Position numbers and translations under genes: made by a program. Positions 49,145 to 62,578 of a stretch of 64,000 bases of DNA are shown in pieces. Location of the stretch: contig NC_068983.1 of the NCBI RefSeq assembly GCF_001194135.2, positions 73,283,153-73,347,152 on the forward strand, written 5' to 3'. A model generated the notes under the pieces. It had not been told where the DNA came from and did not search any database. It saw only the letters and a program-made list of their open reading frames with translations. Source of the DNA: Octopus bimaculoides. Its lineage: Eukaryota. Each line of letters opens with the position of its first letter. The stretch's first letter is position 1.

Positions 49145-51759
49145 NNNNNNNNNNNNNNNNNNNNNNNNNNNNNNNNNNNNNNNNNNNNNNNNNNNNNNNN
49201 NNNNNNNNNNNNNNNNNNNNNNNNNNNNNNNNNNNNNNNNNNNNNNNNNNNNNNNNNNNNNNNNNNNNNNNNNNNNNNNNNNNNNNNNNNNNNNNNNNNN
49301 NNNNNNNNNNNNNNNNNNNNNNNNNNNNNNNNNNNNNNNNNNNNNNNNNNNNNNNNNNNNNNNNNNNNNNNNNNNNNNNNNNNNNNNNNNNNNNNNNNNN
49401 NNNNNAAGACGTGATGGTTACAGCTTAAATATCAGGCGAACGATATAGGTTTGTCACAGAAATATATTTCTTCAACTCATAGCCGCCATCAGCACCTAGA
49501 CTGAAGTATAGTATAAATGGGGAAAAAAAAAAGAACATAACTATGGGCTGTGCTTAGTCCACTGATGGCGAACACTTTTTGTTCAGGATATCGAAATTAT
49601 AATTTCTTTAGCAACCTCATTATTAGTGTTATTTGTTTCTGATGAATGCTTGTAGATAAACTTTTTATGACGATCGAGCTAGAAGGTTTTTTTTTTCTTC
49701 TCTAAACCCATCACTATACCACAACAAAACAGTGTCACTGTTGACTAGGGACTTCGTAAGAAATGTTGCAAAGATCACCAAGGTTTCTTTGGGGTCTCAG
49801 ATGCTGCTGCCTCCTCTCAAAATTCAAAGGGACTGGAAATTGTTTCTGATTGAGGGGGGCCTTGGCTATCCGGATCCAGTTGAACCCCTCTCTCATAGAC
49901 CCTACTGTTTGCACGTCTGTCATCGCCCCACCCTCATTGGCCAAGTCATTGAGTACTTATAAATCGATCAGTGCTGACTCGGGGCTACACGATAACAGCA
50001 TGAACGAGAAGAGGATTGGAGAGGTTTGACATTCGGTATGTGCGATTGGGGTATGGATGGACTGGGTGCACCAAGTTCGATTAAGCTATTTCATTTTATT
50101 TACTCAACCTTTTCTTTGTATCAATGACTTACATTCGTAAGCAGCAACTAAATGGAAAGATGATGGAACGTAGGGTCTCAGTCTGGCTAAATTATCCAAG
50201 ACAGGCCATTATATATAAAGGTAACACTTTCACATATTCTTCGAATGAGATAACGTTTTCATTTTAATCTACTAACCTACAACCAAAACGAAAACACTAT
50301 TTGTTGTCTCTTCCAACGCTCCGAGACAAAGGGAAAAAAAAAACAAAAACAAACCAAAAGTTAGATTCGTTAGCCACTCCTCAATAACCGTCCTCATCGA
50401 ATTTTCTATATACTCGTTATTTGGACAAAAAATCTTGTGCAATATGGAAAGCAGTTGTTGACTGTGGTTTAACTCCCGAGTTTAAAAACGTTACAAATGT
50501 TTAGAAAGAATCTTGATTACGTCCTTGCCATCAATCTTTAGTACTCGTTTAGCAGACATAGCTAATGGCTGGCTGTGCCTCATGAATACTCTTTCAGCTA
50601 CTCCAGAACAGTTTTGCACTGTCGCACTCACTTGAATGTAAATGCATGTATAGTTCATATTAGCCAGATTTAAGTCAATGAGGGATCTTCTACATGATTG
50701 TTTGACTTGCTAAAAGTAGCAGACAAATCTCCTTCAAATCACACCCCGCCGTCTTAATAGAGAAAAGACACATAAGATAATACAATCTGAATATCCTCTA
50801 AAAGGACGATATGGTCGTAGCAAGAATGTTTTCAATTATGAGCTTACTCAATCGAGAGTAACCGGGGCTGAAAAACAACAACTAAAGACGCCTTCACGTA
50901 AACATTTAATTATCTAAAAATGGCAACCAAATATCACTCAAACGACATCTTATAATCATAAGAATAGAAGATCATGCATTGATAACCTAGAGTGAAATAG
51001 TAACAACACTTTGAAAGACTGCGACCAAATCTACTTCAAATCCATTTTATGGAGAAAAAAAAACAACAAAAATGACACCTTGAATAATGTAGTCCTTGAT
51101 ACACTCTATCAAAAAAAAAAAAAAAAAAGAATTGACGGTCACGGTTGATTTGAAGCTGAATATATATGTATGCCTTACATGTAAATTACATACATACATT
51201 CTCTCTCCCACCTCTCTCTTTCTCTTGTTCATATTTGTGTTAAAACACTAAATTGCGATATAATCGCAATCCATACCATCTGAAATATCCATTTCGTGTG
51301 AATTATCCGAAACTCCTCACACCTATATTGAATAACTTTTTTTTGCAATAAATGCCCATATAATCGGAATCTATACCATTTGAAAGGTATTTGTAGAAAA
51401 TTTCATTAAAAATATTCATTTTTATGAACAAAAAATCGGAGGGAGCACAATTGTGTAGTTATACTGACTGGTTTACTGCAATAGCTTTTGTTGCTACAAC
51501 TATTGTTAACTGCGTCTCTAGAATATTTTCCTGTGTGGGGAAGGGGAATAGTCATAGTTTTGCAGACTTTTTCAGACCAATAAAGTCTGATTGATAATGT
51601 TCAGCTTGACTGTTTGCAGGCTGACGACTGTAGGGTTAATGTACACTACGAGAAAACTCCAGAAGAGTCTTAGTTCCGGGAAGGAAGGATCTGCCTAAAC
51701 ATTTACCACTCTGTGGAGATGACATGAGGAGGAGTGGCTTGTGGGTCATGTAGGCTGGG

Positions 51760-52055
51760 CAGTAGCGTGGCTAAGGGGGTGATTGCACTGAAAAGCGGTT
51801 TCAATGCTGTACAATGCTTTATCCACTCAAAACAAATGCACCTACAGAGGAACTTCTTGGATTCTTGGAATATTTGCACTGACTTGTTGAGTGGTCTTAC
51901 TCGGTCACGAGTTGACTTCGACCATATGTGGGGCACAAGAGCGATCCGTCCTGGGCGAAGCTTTTATGGGACGCAACACCTTTGAATTTGCTGTATAAGC
52001 CTGTATAGGCCGCAACGGCCTAGGGAGGGTGGTACACACTCTAGCTACGCCATAG
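51760..52055. mobile_element. hAT-like MITE (CAGTGGCGTAGCTAG-type ends), 296 bp
   Basis: Ends CAGTAGCGTGGCTA / TAGCTACGCCATAG. TSD AGGCTGGG (51752-51759) / AGGCTTGG (52056-52063), 7 of 8. Confidence 0.6.
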
Positions 52056-53180
52056 AGGCTTGGTGTGGGGCTGTATTGATTCTGCCCTAGGGTAAAGAGG
52101 TCCGAACTGGACAGACCTGTGATCAAAGGTATTCAAGCTTTTTTTCTTTCTTTTTCTAATACAGTGTATTAGGGTGTAACGTGTAATTTAAAGGAAATTT
52201 GCCTGCTCTTTCCAGTAGGTCAAACTACTGTTTGATTTGTATGGTTGGGGATTTCTAAAACGACTATTAATTTATGTTAGGGATACTTGAAGTTAACTGT
52301 TGCCCCTAACATTAGGTAATTCTCATTCTTAAGAAGGAGGAATATGGTCTGAGGGTGATTTGGCTGCAGTTTCTAGCTAGTTGGATGATTTACTAGAAAT
52401 AGCAACCAAGTCTATATACCCCTCTTCCTATTAACTCGTCATAAATGTATAGCCAGCCATCGACCGTGAACACGCACAGCGTGACAGAATGTACCATGTT
52501 TTCGCTAATTCGATTAGATGCCTGCAGAATCACAAACAGATATTGACATCCTCTCAGTCCCCTTACCCTTGTCCCAGTGGAACATCCAGGGTGTGAGAGT
52601 TGGAAGGAAAGGGCTGCACTAACACCCGGCTCGTATTCATTTCTGTTGAGTATACGAGGACAACGTGAAATGAAGGCTAAGCACTAAGCTGAGTACTAGA
52701 CTACGCATCTTTACTCAACGATTCAGTATTCCATTTCCTAACAATATGGGTGAAGAATACCTCAAAATAGTGTTCTGCATAAATATGGGAACGTTTCACA
52801 TATATAACTTCGCAAGTTAGAAATCTTCGGCCAACTGAGACTATCCAACAAGGGGAATGACTCCGTAGAAACTGGCAGTCGGGACGTTTTACGTTTCCAC
52901 AGTAGGTTATTATCATCAATTCATAAAAATATTCAAAGTTGGCAAAGTTTTCAAAATATAGCGGAAGTAGTCCAAAAGTAAATTGAACCAGGAACCATGT
53001 GGTTAGAAAGCAAACTTCTTACCACAAAGCCAAGCCTATGCATACTTTTTTACACACACACACACACACACAAATATATATATTATATATACATACATAT
53101 GCATAGACACACACACATATATATACATAAGTATACATACGCACGTGTGGCATATATATATATATATATATATGATATAT

Positions 53181-53587
53181 TCTTTTATACGTTTTAGTCA
53201 TTTTACTGCGGCCATGCTGGAGCATCGCCTTAAAGGGCTTAGTCGGAGGAATCGACCCCAGGACTTATTCTATCGATCTCTTTTGCCGAACCACTAAGTT
53301 ACGGGGACATAAACACACCAACATCGGCTGTCAAGCGATGGTGGTGGTGGTGGGGGGGACAAACACAGACACATAGGTACACACACACACACACATATAT
53401 ATACACACACACGTATATATATACGACAGGCTTCTTTCAGTTTCCGTCTACCAAATCCAATGATAAGGCTTTGGTTGGCTCGAGGCCACAGTAGAAGACA
53501 CTTATCTAAAATGCCACGCAGTGGGACTGAACCAGAAGCCATGTGATTGGGAAGCAAACGTCTTACCACACAGCTACGCCTGCGCCT
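53181..53587 (-). mobile_element. SINE family A, full length, moderately diverged
   Basis: Collinear with the family A consensus and ends ...CTTACCACACAGCTACGCCTGCGCC. Confidence 0.88.
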
Positions 53588-53859
53588 ACACACACACACA
53601 CACACACACTCGCATCTAAACATATGTACATACACTCTAAGTTGCATAAATTTCTGAAAGGCTCTGTATAACTATAAACGTTACTTCTAAGCCCAATCGA
53701 GTGACACTCTGCTTCTGTGGTCCAGGCTGATTTTTTCTTTCGCGTTTAACATTGAACACTCCGGTGGTGACCACAGTGAATGGGTATGTAAGGTGATAAC
53801 TTCGTTAGGGTAAGAAATATATCTCTCTTTCTGTAATACTTGTTTCAAGTGTGCATCTA

Positions 53860-54082
53860 CGAGGGATTGCTGAAAAGTTCATGGCTTTAAGGGTATCGCG
53901 AAAAGCTTAGTTGGAGGCCCGTGTTCTTCTACAGGGCTTAGAAAAACCGAAGGACCGCTGCAATAAGTCTCTGAATCTGAGAGGGGAATATGTTGAATAA
54001 AATCATAATTAACTGATCTAACTGTATTTTCTTTTACCCAACAAGCGGGCCGCACTACTAAAGCCAGGAACTTCCACCCTTA
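53860..54082 (+). mobile_element. Mariner internal-deletion derivative
   Basis: TA|CGAGGGATTGCTGAAAAGTTC left TIR. Transposase C-terminus LLQGLEKPKDRCNKSLNLRGEYVE* (53926-54000). Partial right TIR AAAGCCAGGAACTT (54060-54073). Confidence 0.75.
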
Positions 54083-55780
54083 GATCAGGCACGAGCAACC
54101 TTTTTCGAGAAGCAGGCCACATAAGACATGACTCATCAACAAGGCAAACCGCGCTATTAAAACAAATTAAGGTAATTTTCGTTAGGTATGCCAACCAGTA
54201 AGTCACGCGGGCAGTAACTGATCTAGATGTTAACGTTATTTGCTATATATTCCTAGTCAGGCCCTATATCCTCCAATATGTACTTACTGTTTTTTTTTCT
54301 CTAACGGAAAAGGTGTGAGTTCAGGAAGATTTGATTGTTATTTCTTGTAGATCGAGTGACCACGTAGAGCAGGAGGAGCCCATGACCGTGAATAAGGTTT
54401 CGTCTTTACTAAAGAAGTTCTCTAAAACCTAATTTTTGGTTAATTAAAATATTATAACACTTTAATCAGTGTTGCTTAGTGTGATGACGAGGAAAGGAAG
54501 CGAATAAGTAAAGCCATTTAAGAGCGTTCGATAAAATGCCTCGCGGTATTTGCTTCAATTCAATGACTTTAAATCCTGCCGAGGTTAACTTGTCTCGTTT
54601 GTGTCGCTATGAGGGGAGATAAATAAAAGTTCAAATCTAAGTACAGGGTGGGTGGGTTCATCTCTTGACCTGCTCCTTCTTCTTGGAACCACTTATGTTA
54701 ATGAAATCACCCGCAGCGACACTTTCTCCAGAAATGGAAAAGTGCTGAGTAGAGGGGGTGGATTTAGTAATCTTTTCTCATAGGAAAACTGACATCACAC
54801 ACACCACCTTGAAGGGTTCAGTCGAACAAATCGACCCTAGTACTTATTTAAAAAAAAAAATTGGTACTTATTCTACCTGTATCTTATGTCGAACCGCTAG
54901 ATTCTGGGACGTAAACAAACCAACACCGATTGTCGAGCGGTGGTGGTGAGGAACAAACAAAGACCTTCGATTGAAGCCTCCAAGGTGTGGTGTGGTGTNN
55001 NNNNNNNNNNNNNNNNNNNNNNNNNNNNNNNNNNNNNNNNNNNNNNNNNNNNNNNNNNNNNNNNNNNNNNNNNNNNNNNNNNNNNNNNNNNNNNNNNNNN
55101 NNNNNNNNNNNNNNNNNNNNNNNNNNNNNNNNNNNNNNNNNNNNNNNNNNNNNNNNNNNNNNNNNNNNNNNNNNNNNNNNNNNNNNNNNNNNNNNNNNNN
55201 NNNNNNNNNNNNNNNNNNNNNNNNNNNNNNNNNNNNNNNNNNNNNNNNNNNNNNNNNNNNNNNNNNNNNNNNNNNNNNNNNNNNNNNNNNNNNNNNNNNN
55301 NNNNNNNNNNNNNNNNNNNNNNNNNNNNNNNNNNNNNNNNNNNNNNNNNNNNNNNNNNNNNNNNNNNNNNNNNNNNNNNNNNNNNNNNNNNNNNNNNNNN
55401 NNNNNNNNNNNNNNNNNNNNNNNNNNNNNNNNNNNNNNNNNNNNNNNNNNNNNNNNNNNNNNNNNNNNNNNNNNNNNNNNNNNNNNNNNNNNNNNNNNNN
55501 NNNNNNNNNNNNNNNNNNNNNNNNNNNNNNNNNNNNNNNNNNNNNNNNNNNNNNNNNNNNNNNNNNNNNNNNNNNNNNNNNNNNNNNNNNNNNNNNNNNN
55601 NNNNNNNNNNNNNNNNNNNNNNNNNNNNNNNNNNNNNNNNNNNNNNNNNNNNNNNNNNNNNNNNNNNNNNNNNNNNNNNNNNNNNNNNNNNNNNNNNNNN
55701 NNNNNNNNNNNNNNNNNNNNNNNNNNNNNNNNNNNNNNNNNNNNNNNNNNNNNNNNNNNNNNNNNNNNNNNNNNNNNNNT

Positions 55781-55932
55781 TCACCACAGCTTTCTCTCAC
55801 TCTTTCCTCCTGCATCTAGCAGCTCACCTACGACGGACCTGCGTCCCATCCAGGTGGGGAACCTTTTGGTCAATGAAATCGGGAAACCGACCCTTATGAG
55901 CCAGGTATGGCTCGAGAAGGAACAAACAACAA
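55781..55932 (+). mobile_element. SINE related to family B in its middle part but with a different 3' module (5' end lost in the gap)
   Basis: TCACCACAGCTTTCTCTCACTCTTTCCTCCTG matches family B. It then diverges to CCTACGACGGACCTGCGTCCCATCCAGG...TGGCTCGAGAAGGAACAAACAACAA. Confidence 0.6.
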
Positions 55933-56270
55933 GGGCGGCGAGCTGGTAGAAGCATTACCGCACCGGACAAAATGCTTATCGGCATTTCGTCTGTCTTTAC
56001 ATTCTGAGCTCAAATTGCATCGAGGACAACTTTTCTTTTCATCCTTTTAAGGCGGCGGGCTGGCAGAATCATTAGCACGCCGGACAAAATGCTTAACAAC
56101 ATTTCGTCTGTCTTTACGTTCTGAGTTCAAAACCCACCGAGATCGACTTTAACTTTCATCCTTTCGAGGGCGATAAAATAAGTATCAATTGTACAATGGA
56201 GTCGATATAATTGACTTACGACCTTTCCCGAAATCCCTGGCTTTCCGCCAAAATTTGAAACCGTTATTTT
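55932..56270 (+). mobile_element. Two tandem SINE family C copies (first truncated at the core, second complete)
   Basis: AAGGGCGGCGAGCTGGTAGAAG at 55932 and AAGGCGGCGGGCTGGCAGAATC at about 56049. Confidence 0.8.
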
Positions 56271-57070
56271 GGAGTTGGTAAAGCTATCAACACTTGTAAC
56301 ACCATAAAGTTGAAGAGATAAGTAAACGAAGTGGCCGCCGCCATTACTAGAAATAGCAGCTTAAATGACTCAGATTACACCCAAATGTCATTGAAAATTA
56401 AAACATTGGATTATGAAGTCCTGGATACTACTGTATCGGACTTTAAGATTGGATGGTCACGGTTATAATGTCTTTGATTATGGAACTGCTAAGTACTAAC
56501 AGCAACAACAACAGCTAGAAAGCTGATATATAATTAAAGATAGCTTAATTGACGGCATAATTAATAAGCTCAAATTATCTTTTCTCTTTTGTTTCAGTTA
56601 TTAGACTGTGGCCATGCTGGAGCACCCTCTTCAAAGGGTTTTAGTCGAACAAATCGACCCCAGTATTTTAATTACGGGGACGTAAATACATTAACACTGT
56701 TGTCAAGAGGTGGGGGAAGCAACAAACACACACACACATTTCCATCTAACAAATTCACTCACATGACATTGGTCGACCAGGGGTTATAATAGAAGAAATT
56801 TGCCTCAGGTGCTGCGCAGTGGGATTGAACCCGATACCAAGTGGTTGCAAAGTAAGCTTCTTAGGGGATTTTTTTTCTCTTTTTCATTTTTCTTTTCAAG
56901 AAACCCCAACAAATATTTCTTGGGTTTTTTCCCTGGTAAACTCTGAACTGCCTGCAGAGACATTTTATCTGTCACCATCCTGTCTTACGGACTACATTAT
57001 CTAATACCTTCTCTTTCTCCAGAGTGGTGGGGATTTAACTATTTCTAGCAGGTCGAGCGATAGCATAGAA

Positions 57071-57113
57071 CAGTGGTTCTCAACCGGGGACCATATGACC
57101 CTTGGAAGGTCCA
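57071..57113. mobile_element. Left end of the Charlie-like hAT MITE family seen at 23191
   Basis: CAGTGGTTCTCAACCGGGGACCATATGACCC vs CAGTGGTTCTCAACTGGGGTCCACATGGCCC. Confidence 0.65.
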
Positions 57114-57150
57114 CAATATACAACATATATATATATTTTTTTATACAGTA

Positions 57151-57263
57151 GGCGCAGAAGTGACTGTGTGGTACCTTGGGCAAGTATCTTCTACTATAGC
57201 CTCGGGCCGACCAAAGCCTTGTGAGTGAATTTGGTAGACGGAAACTGAAAGAAGCCTGTCGTA

Positions 57264-57302
<39 letters not shown>

Positions 57303-57378
57303 NNNNNNNNNNNNNNNNNNNNNNNNNNNNNNNNNNNNNNNNNNNNNNNNNNNNNNNNNNNNATATATATGTGTGTGT

Positions 57379-57418
<40 letters not shown>

Positions 57419-57619
57419 TTGTGTCTGTGTTTGTCCCCCCAACATCGCTTGACAACCGATGCTGGTGTGTTTACGTCCCCATAACTTAGCAGTTCGGTAA
57501 CAGATACCGATAGAATAAGTACTAGGCTTACAAAGAATAAGTCCTGCGGTCGATTTGCTCGACTAAAGGCGGTGTTCCAGCATGGCCGCAGTCAAATGAC
57601 TGAAACAAGTAAAAGAGTA
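57151..57619 (+). mobile_element. SINE family A with the B-box region deleted and a gap in its microsatellite
   Basis: The head jumps from TGTGTGGT to ACCTTGGGCAAG. The remainder is near consensus. Confidence 0.88.
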
Positions 57620-57634
57620 AAACAATTCTTAATA

Positions 57635-57850
57635 TTTGGTTTCAAATTTTGGTACAAAGCCAGCATGTTCGGAGGAGTGTGTAAGTCGATTACATTGACC
57701 CCCAGTGCTCAACTGGTACTTATTTTAACGACCCGAAAGGATGAAAGACAAAGTTGACCTAGGTGGAATTTGAACTCAGAATGTAAAAACGGATGAAATG
57801 TCGCTAAGCATTTTGCCCGGTGTGCTAACGATTCTGCCAGCTCTCCATCC
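57635..57850 (-). mobile_element. SINE family C, full length
   Basis: Reverse complement is collinear with 30503-30698. Possible AAACAATT TSD at 57620-57627 / 57851-57858. Confidence 0.82.
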
Positions 57851-58384
57851 AAACAATTACTGATTATATTTAATTATAAAAATATAATGGGATTTTTTTA
57901 AAAAACTTCAAATGGCTATGAGGAGGGGCCAGTAGTGTAAAAATGGAATGAAAAGGGTCCAGTGGCGAAAATTGGTTGAGATTCACTGGCGTAGAACATC
58001 GATTTTCAACCTTTTTATTTTTTTCAGTCCAAGACACACCGAATACGGTGCAAAAACTGTTTATGTATATCATAAGCTTTTTAAAAGCGATATTACACAC
58101 ACACACATACACATACACGCGCGCGCATACATGGACTGAACGCATGCGCACAATTATATATGCATATGAAAAACAGGCGCACACTAAAAGGTAATGAAGT
58201 ACACATACACTTTGTGTAGTTAAGTAGCATGCTCACTACTACATGAATGCAAATTTCTCTCTATACAACACATAGGCATCTTTGCACACGTTAACCAATT
58301 CAGATTATTATCCCCCGCCCAAGAACTGCCTCGATAAAGATTTGCCACTTTCTTTATTCTGCCTAGAAAAAATATATATTTTCT

Positions 58385-58865
58385 ACTCTAGGCACAAGGC
58401 CCGAAATTTTTTTGCGGGGGGGGGGGGNNNNNNNNNNNNNNNNNNNNNNNNNNNNNNNNNNNNNNNNNNNNNNNNNNNNNNNNNNNNNNNNNNNNNNNNN
58501 NNNNNNNNNNNNNNNNNNNNNNNNNNNNNNNNNNNNNNNNNNNNNNNNNNNNNNNNNNNNNNNNNNNNNNNNNNNNNNNNNNNNNNNNNNNNNNNNNNNN
58601 NNNNNNNNNNNNNNNNNNNNNNNNNNNNNNNNNNNNNNNNNNNNNNNNNNNNNNNNNNNNNNNNNNNNNNNNNNNNNNNNGGGGGGGGGGGGGGGCAGTC
58701 GATTAGATCGACCCCGGTACGAAACTAGTAGTTAATATATCGACTCCGAAAGGATGAAAGGCAAAGTCGACCTCGGCGGAATTTGAACTCAGAACGTAAC
58801 GGCAGACGAAATACCACTAAGCATTTCGCCCGGCATGCTAACGTTTCTCTCCAACTCGCCGCTTT
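58385..58865 (-). mobile_element. SINE family C spanning a poly-G-flanked gap
   Basis: GAAAGGATGAAAGGCAAAGTCGACCTCGGCGGAATTTGAACTCAGAACGTAAC...TCGCCGCTTT. Confidence 0.82.
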
Positions 58866-58917
58866 CTAGGAAATATATATCAGAGACACACACACACGGT
58901 ACATACATATATGCACA

Positions 58918-59100
58918 CACTAGCGTACCTAGGGGGGGGGGGACAGTAGGGGCGGTCCGCCCCGTGTGACACTTTTAAAGGGGAGGTACTTTTGGGTCTG
59001 CTGTAGGCAATATGTGTTTTTTTTTTTTTTGTGGTGCCCCCGGGAGGGGGGGGCAACGGAAGGGCTACCTCGGGCGGAACACACTCTAACTACGCTAGTG
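58918..59100. mobile_element. hAT-like MITE related to 51760-52055
   Basis: Imperfect TIRs CACTAGCGTACCTAG / CTAACTACGCTAGTG. The right end ACACACTCTA(A/G)CTACGC is shared with 52035-52051. No clean TSD. Confidence 0.55.
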
Positions 59101-59129
59101 CGCATGCACATATACTCACATTCAAGCTC

Positions 59130-59531
59130 TCTTATCTTTTACTTGTCACTTGTTTCAGCCACTAGATTGCGGCCATGCTGGGGCACCGCCTTGAAGGGCT
59201 TACTCGAACATATCAACCTTAGTACTAGCTTGATACTTATTCTAAGACTTTTTTGCCGAACCGCTAAGTTACAGGGATGTAAATAAACATTGGGTAGGAC
59301 AAACACATACACAAAGATACACGCATATAAATACATACGTATATGTGTGTGTGGTGTACATATATACACACACATACGATGGGTTCCTTTCAGTTTCCGT
59401 CCACCAAATCATAAGGAAATGGTCGGCTCGAGGCTATAGCGAAAGACACTCGCCCAAGGTGCCACGCAATGAGACTGAACCCAGAACCATGTGGTTGAGA
59501 AGCAAGCTTCTTACCACACAGCCACGCCTGT
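59130..59531 (-). mobile_element. SINE family A, diverged full length
   Basis: Collinear with the family A consensus. Confidence 0.85.
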
Positions 59532-59714
59532 AATTTCTTTTTAAAATTAGCAGAAAGGGCTGTGGGTTGGCAGAATTGTTGGGCAAAATGCATTGCTGCA
59601 TTTGCTCCGGCTCTTTATGTCTGAACTTTAAACCCCACCTCGATCAACTTTGCTATTTTGTGAATTAACCTTCCATACAAAATTGCGTACTGAGGTCGAC
59701 ACACGGATACATAT

Positions 59715-59940
59715 GATAATGGTTTCAAACTTTGGAATAAGGCCAGGAATTTTTAATGGAAAAGGCGTAACTCGATCACATCGACCCAGCACAGAAACTG
59801 ATACTTTATTTTATCGACCTCGAAGGGATGAAGGGCTAAGTTGATCTCGGCAGGATTTTCACTCAGAAGGTAAAGAATCGGAAGAAATGTCGGTGAGCAG
59901 TTTGTCCGACTTGCTAACGATTCTGCCAGCTGGCTGCTTT
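59715..59940 (-). mobile_element. SINE family C, diverged
   Basis: TTTATCGACCTCGAAGGGATGAAG...CTAACGATTCTGCCAGCTGGCTGCTTT. Confidence 0.7.
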
Positions 59941-60000
59941 ATGTAGTGATCCACAACCACCGGACTACGGATAGGTATCGAGCCGCACAGAAAAAATACA

Positions 60001-60398
60001 TACTCTTACTTGTTTCAGTCATTTGACTGCGGCCATGCTGGAGCACCGCCTTTATAGTCGAGCAAATCGACCCCAGGACTTATTCTTTGGATGCCTAGTA
60101 CTTATTCTATCGGTCCCCTTTGCCGAACCGCTAAGTTACGGGGACGTAAACACACCAGCATCGGTTGTCAAGCAATGCTGGGGGTGGGACAAACAGACAC
60201 AAACACATATATACATATATATATATATACATATACGACGGGCTTCTTTCAGTTTCCGTCTACCAAATCCACTCACAAGGCTTTGGTCGGCCCGAGGCTA
60301 TAGTAGAAGACACTTGCCCAAGGTGCCACGCAGTGGGACTGAACCCGGGACCATGTGGTTGGTAAGCAAGCTACTTACCACACAGCCACTCCTGCGCC
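60001..60398 (-). mobile_element. SINE family A, full length, young
   Basis: Near-identical reverse complement of 35753-36157. Confidence 0.93.
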
Positions 60399-61233
60399 TA
60401 TATATTATTATCACGGTTTGAATGCTTTTGCATTATATATGTGCGTGATCCCCCTCGGTCCGTGGTACAAAAAGTTGGTGACCGTTGGCCTTACGGATAC
60501 ATTAGATAGTATAGTCCAACATATATTAAGGACATAATGGTAACAACTAGAAGGGGACCCCCCACAAACACACACACAAGGAACCCCTCCCGGACTATGT
60601 GAATGAGAGGAAGACCATGGAGGAATTTCAAAATAGCGTAGGGCACAGCATCAAGTTGTAAAATGCACTTTAAATGAACAATACTTAATAGGGTTTTCGA
60701 TATTGTATTTGTTTTAATTTTTCAAAGATACGTGATGATGTTTTTTTTAATTATTATGCTCATTTTTGTGATTGGGGTTATTATATAATTAATGTGATAT
60801 TTTACATCTCAGAGAAGTGTTCATAAACTACAAATAATAGTAAAAATTATGATTTAAAAATTCCTTGTATTTTTGTCTTCGGGGTTTGTTCCCTACACTC
60901 CAGCTAGAATACCTTTCATTGGATATCATATGGCTGACCAGAAGCTAAGTTACAACACATTTACGCAAAATCAATCTCCCTGGCGGTCAATATTTTGCAA
61001 GTCCATAAAATAAGTTTAATCCAATGCTCCCCACCCCTGCCGCCTCTTATAGTCATTTGGTCATTTCGCTCCTATCACGTTATTCCAACTCAGATGTGTG
61101 GTGGATACTGAAGGTTGCTAACATGTAAATAGTGAAAGCGACTTTTTTTTTTCGATTACTTGGGAAATGATCTACGTATACCAACATGTGTACGTATACC
61201 ACGTTCATACATTCACGCATATAAATACACACG

Positions 61234-61287
<54 letters not shown>

Positions 61288-61935
61288 CATACAGACATTC
61301 CCTCCGTCCATACATACATACACATATCAAAACTACAAGTAAATAAACAAAGGGACATAATATTTATAGTATTTAATGTTATTCGTTCCAACACTAACAA
61401 TTCTGATTGCACTTTAACATCGTTATTCCTCCACCCCACCCCACCCAGTGGCTTCGAGGATGTGATTATCTCGGAAATACTGATATCATTAGAGTAGTTA
61501 ACCTAATCCGTCTTAATTTCCAAGACCACACAGTCAGGAAGCAAAAAGAAAAGAAAAGCATTTTCTCTTGCCCAAGTCGTTGAAGAAGTCACAGATTGTG
61601 TGACGAAAGAACTTTGACGGACAAATAAAATTAACAAAAAATAATACTAATAAAACTAAGGCGAAAAGTATTTTCCTTTTCAGCGTGTTAATTCATAAGG
61701 CGACGGATTCTTCAAACCAAGCCAACCGACATGCAAACCTAAAGGGTAGACCAAGAACGAGACGGTTGGAATCCAGCTGGAAAGTTTAAGAACGGTTGCT
61801 TCTGACTGAACCCTTTGCAGAAGGTTTCTGAGGACTCTTATCCCCATGACCCTCTCGGCAATAGTGGGGCAGGGATGGACGAATGGATTTATATAATCTG
61901 CCACGATGAGATTTACCATTCCTATTTGCCTTTAT

Positions 61936-62317
61936 TGTTGTTGTTGGCACTCCGTCGCTTACGACGTCGAGGGTTCCAGTTGATCCGATCAACGGAACAG
62001 CCTGCTCGTGAAATTAACGTGCAAGTGGCTGAGCACTCCACAGACACGTGTACCCTTAACGTAGTTCTCGGAGATAATCAACGTGACACAATGTGACAAG
62101 GCTGGCCCTTTGAATTACAGTCACAACAGGAAGTAAGAGTGAGAGAAAATTGTGGTGAAAGAGTACAGCAGGGTTCGCCACCATCCCCTGCCGGAACCTC
62201 GTGAAGCCTTAGGTGTTTTCGCTCAATAAACGCTCACAACGCCCGGTCTGGGAATCGAAACCGCGATCCTATGACCGCGAGTCCGCTGCCATAACCACTG
62301 GGCCATTGCGCCTCCAC
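61936..62317 (-). mobile_element. SINE family B, full length
   Basis: 12-bp TSD ATTTGCCTTTAT (61924-61935 / 62318-62329) and a (CAA)n tail. Confidence 0.93.
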
Positions 62318-62578
62318 ATTTGCCTTTATATATAGTGGCCTTCCGACGATTCTTTGGTTGGAGGAACTTCCTTACTAGTTCGCTTCGCAGCCACATAGTT
62401 TCGGGTTCGGCCACACTGCAAGACATTGGGGCAAATATCGATTATTTATAGCCCAAGGGTTGACCAATGGTTTGCGAGTAAATTAGGTAGATGGAAACTG
62501 CGTGGAATCCTGTCGTATATTTGTGTGTGCGCTCGCGTACATCGTCGTGGAATAAAATTTTTTAAAAACATATTACAC

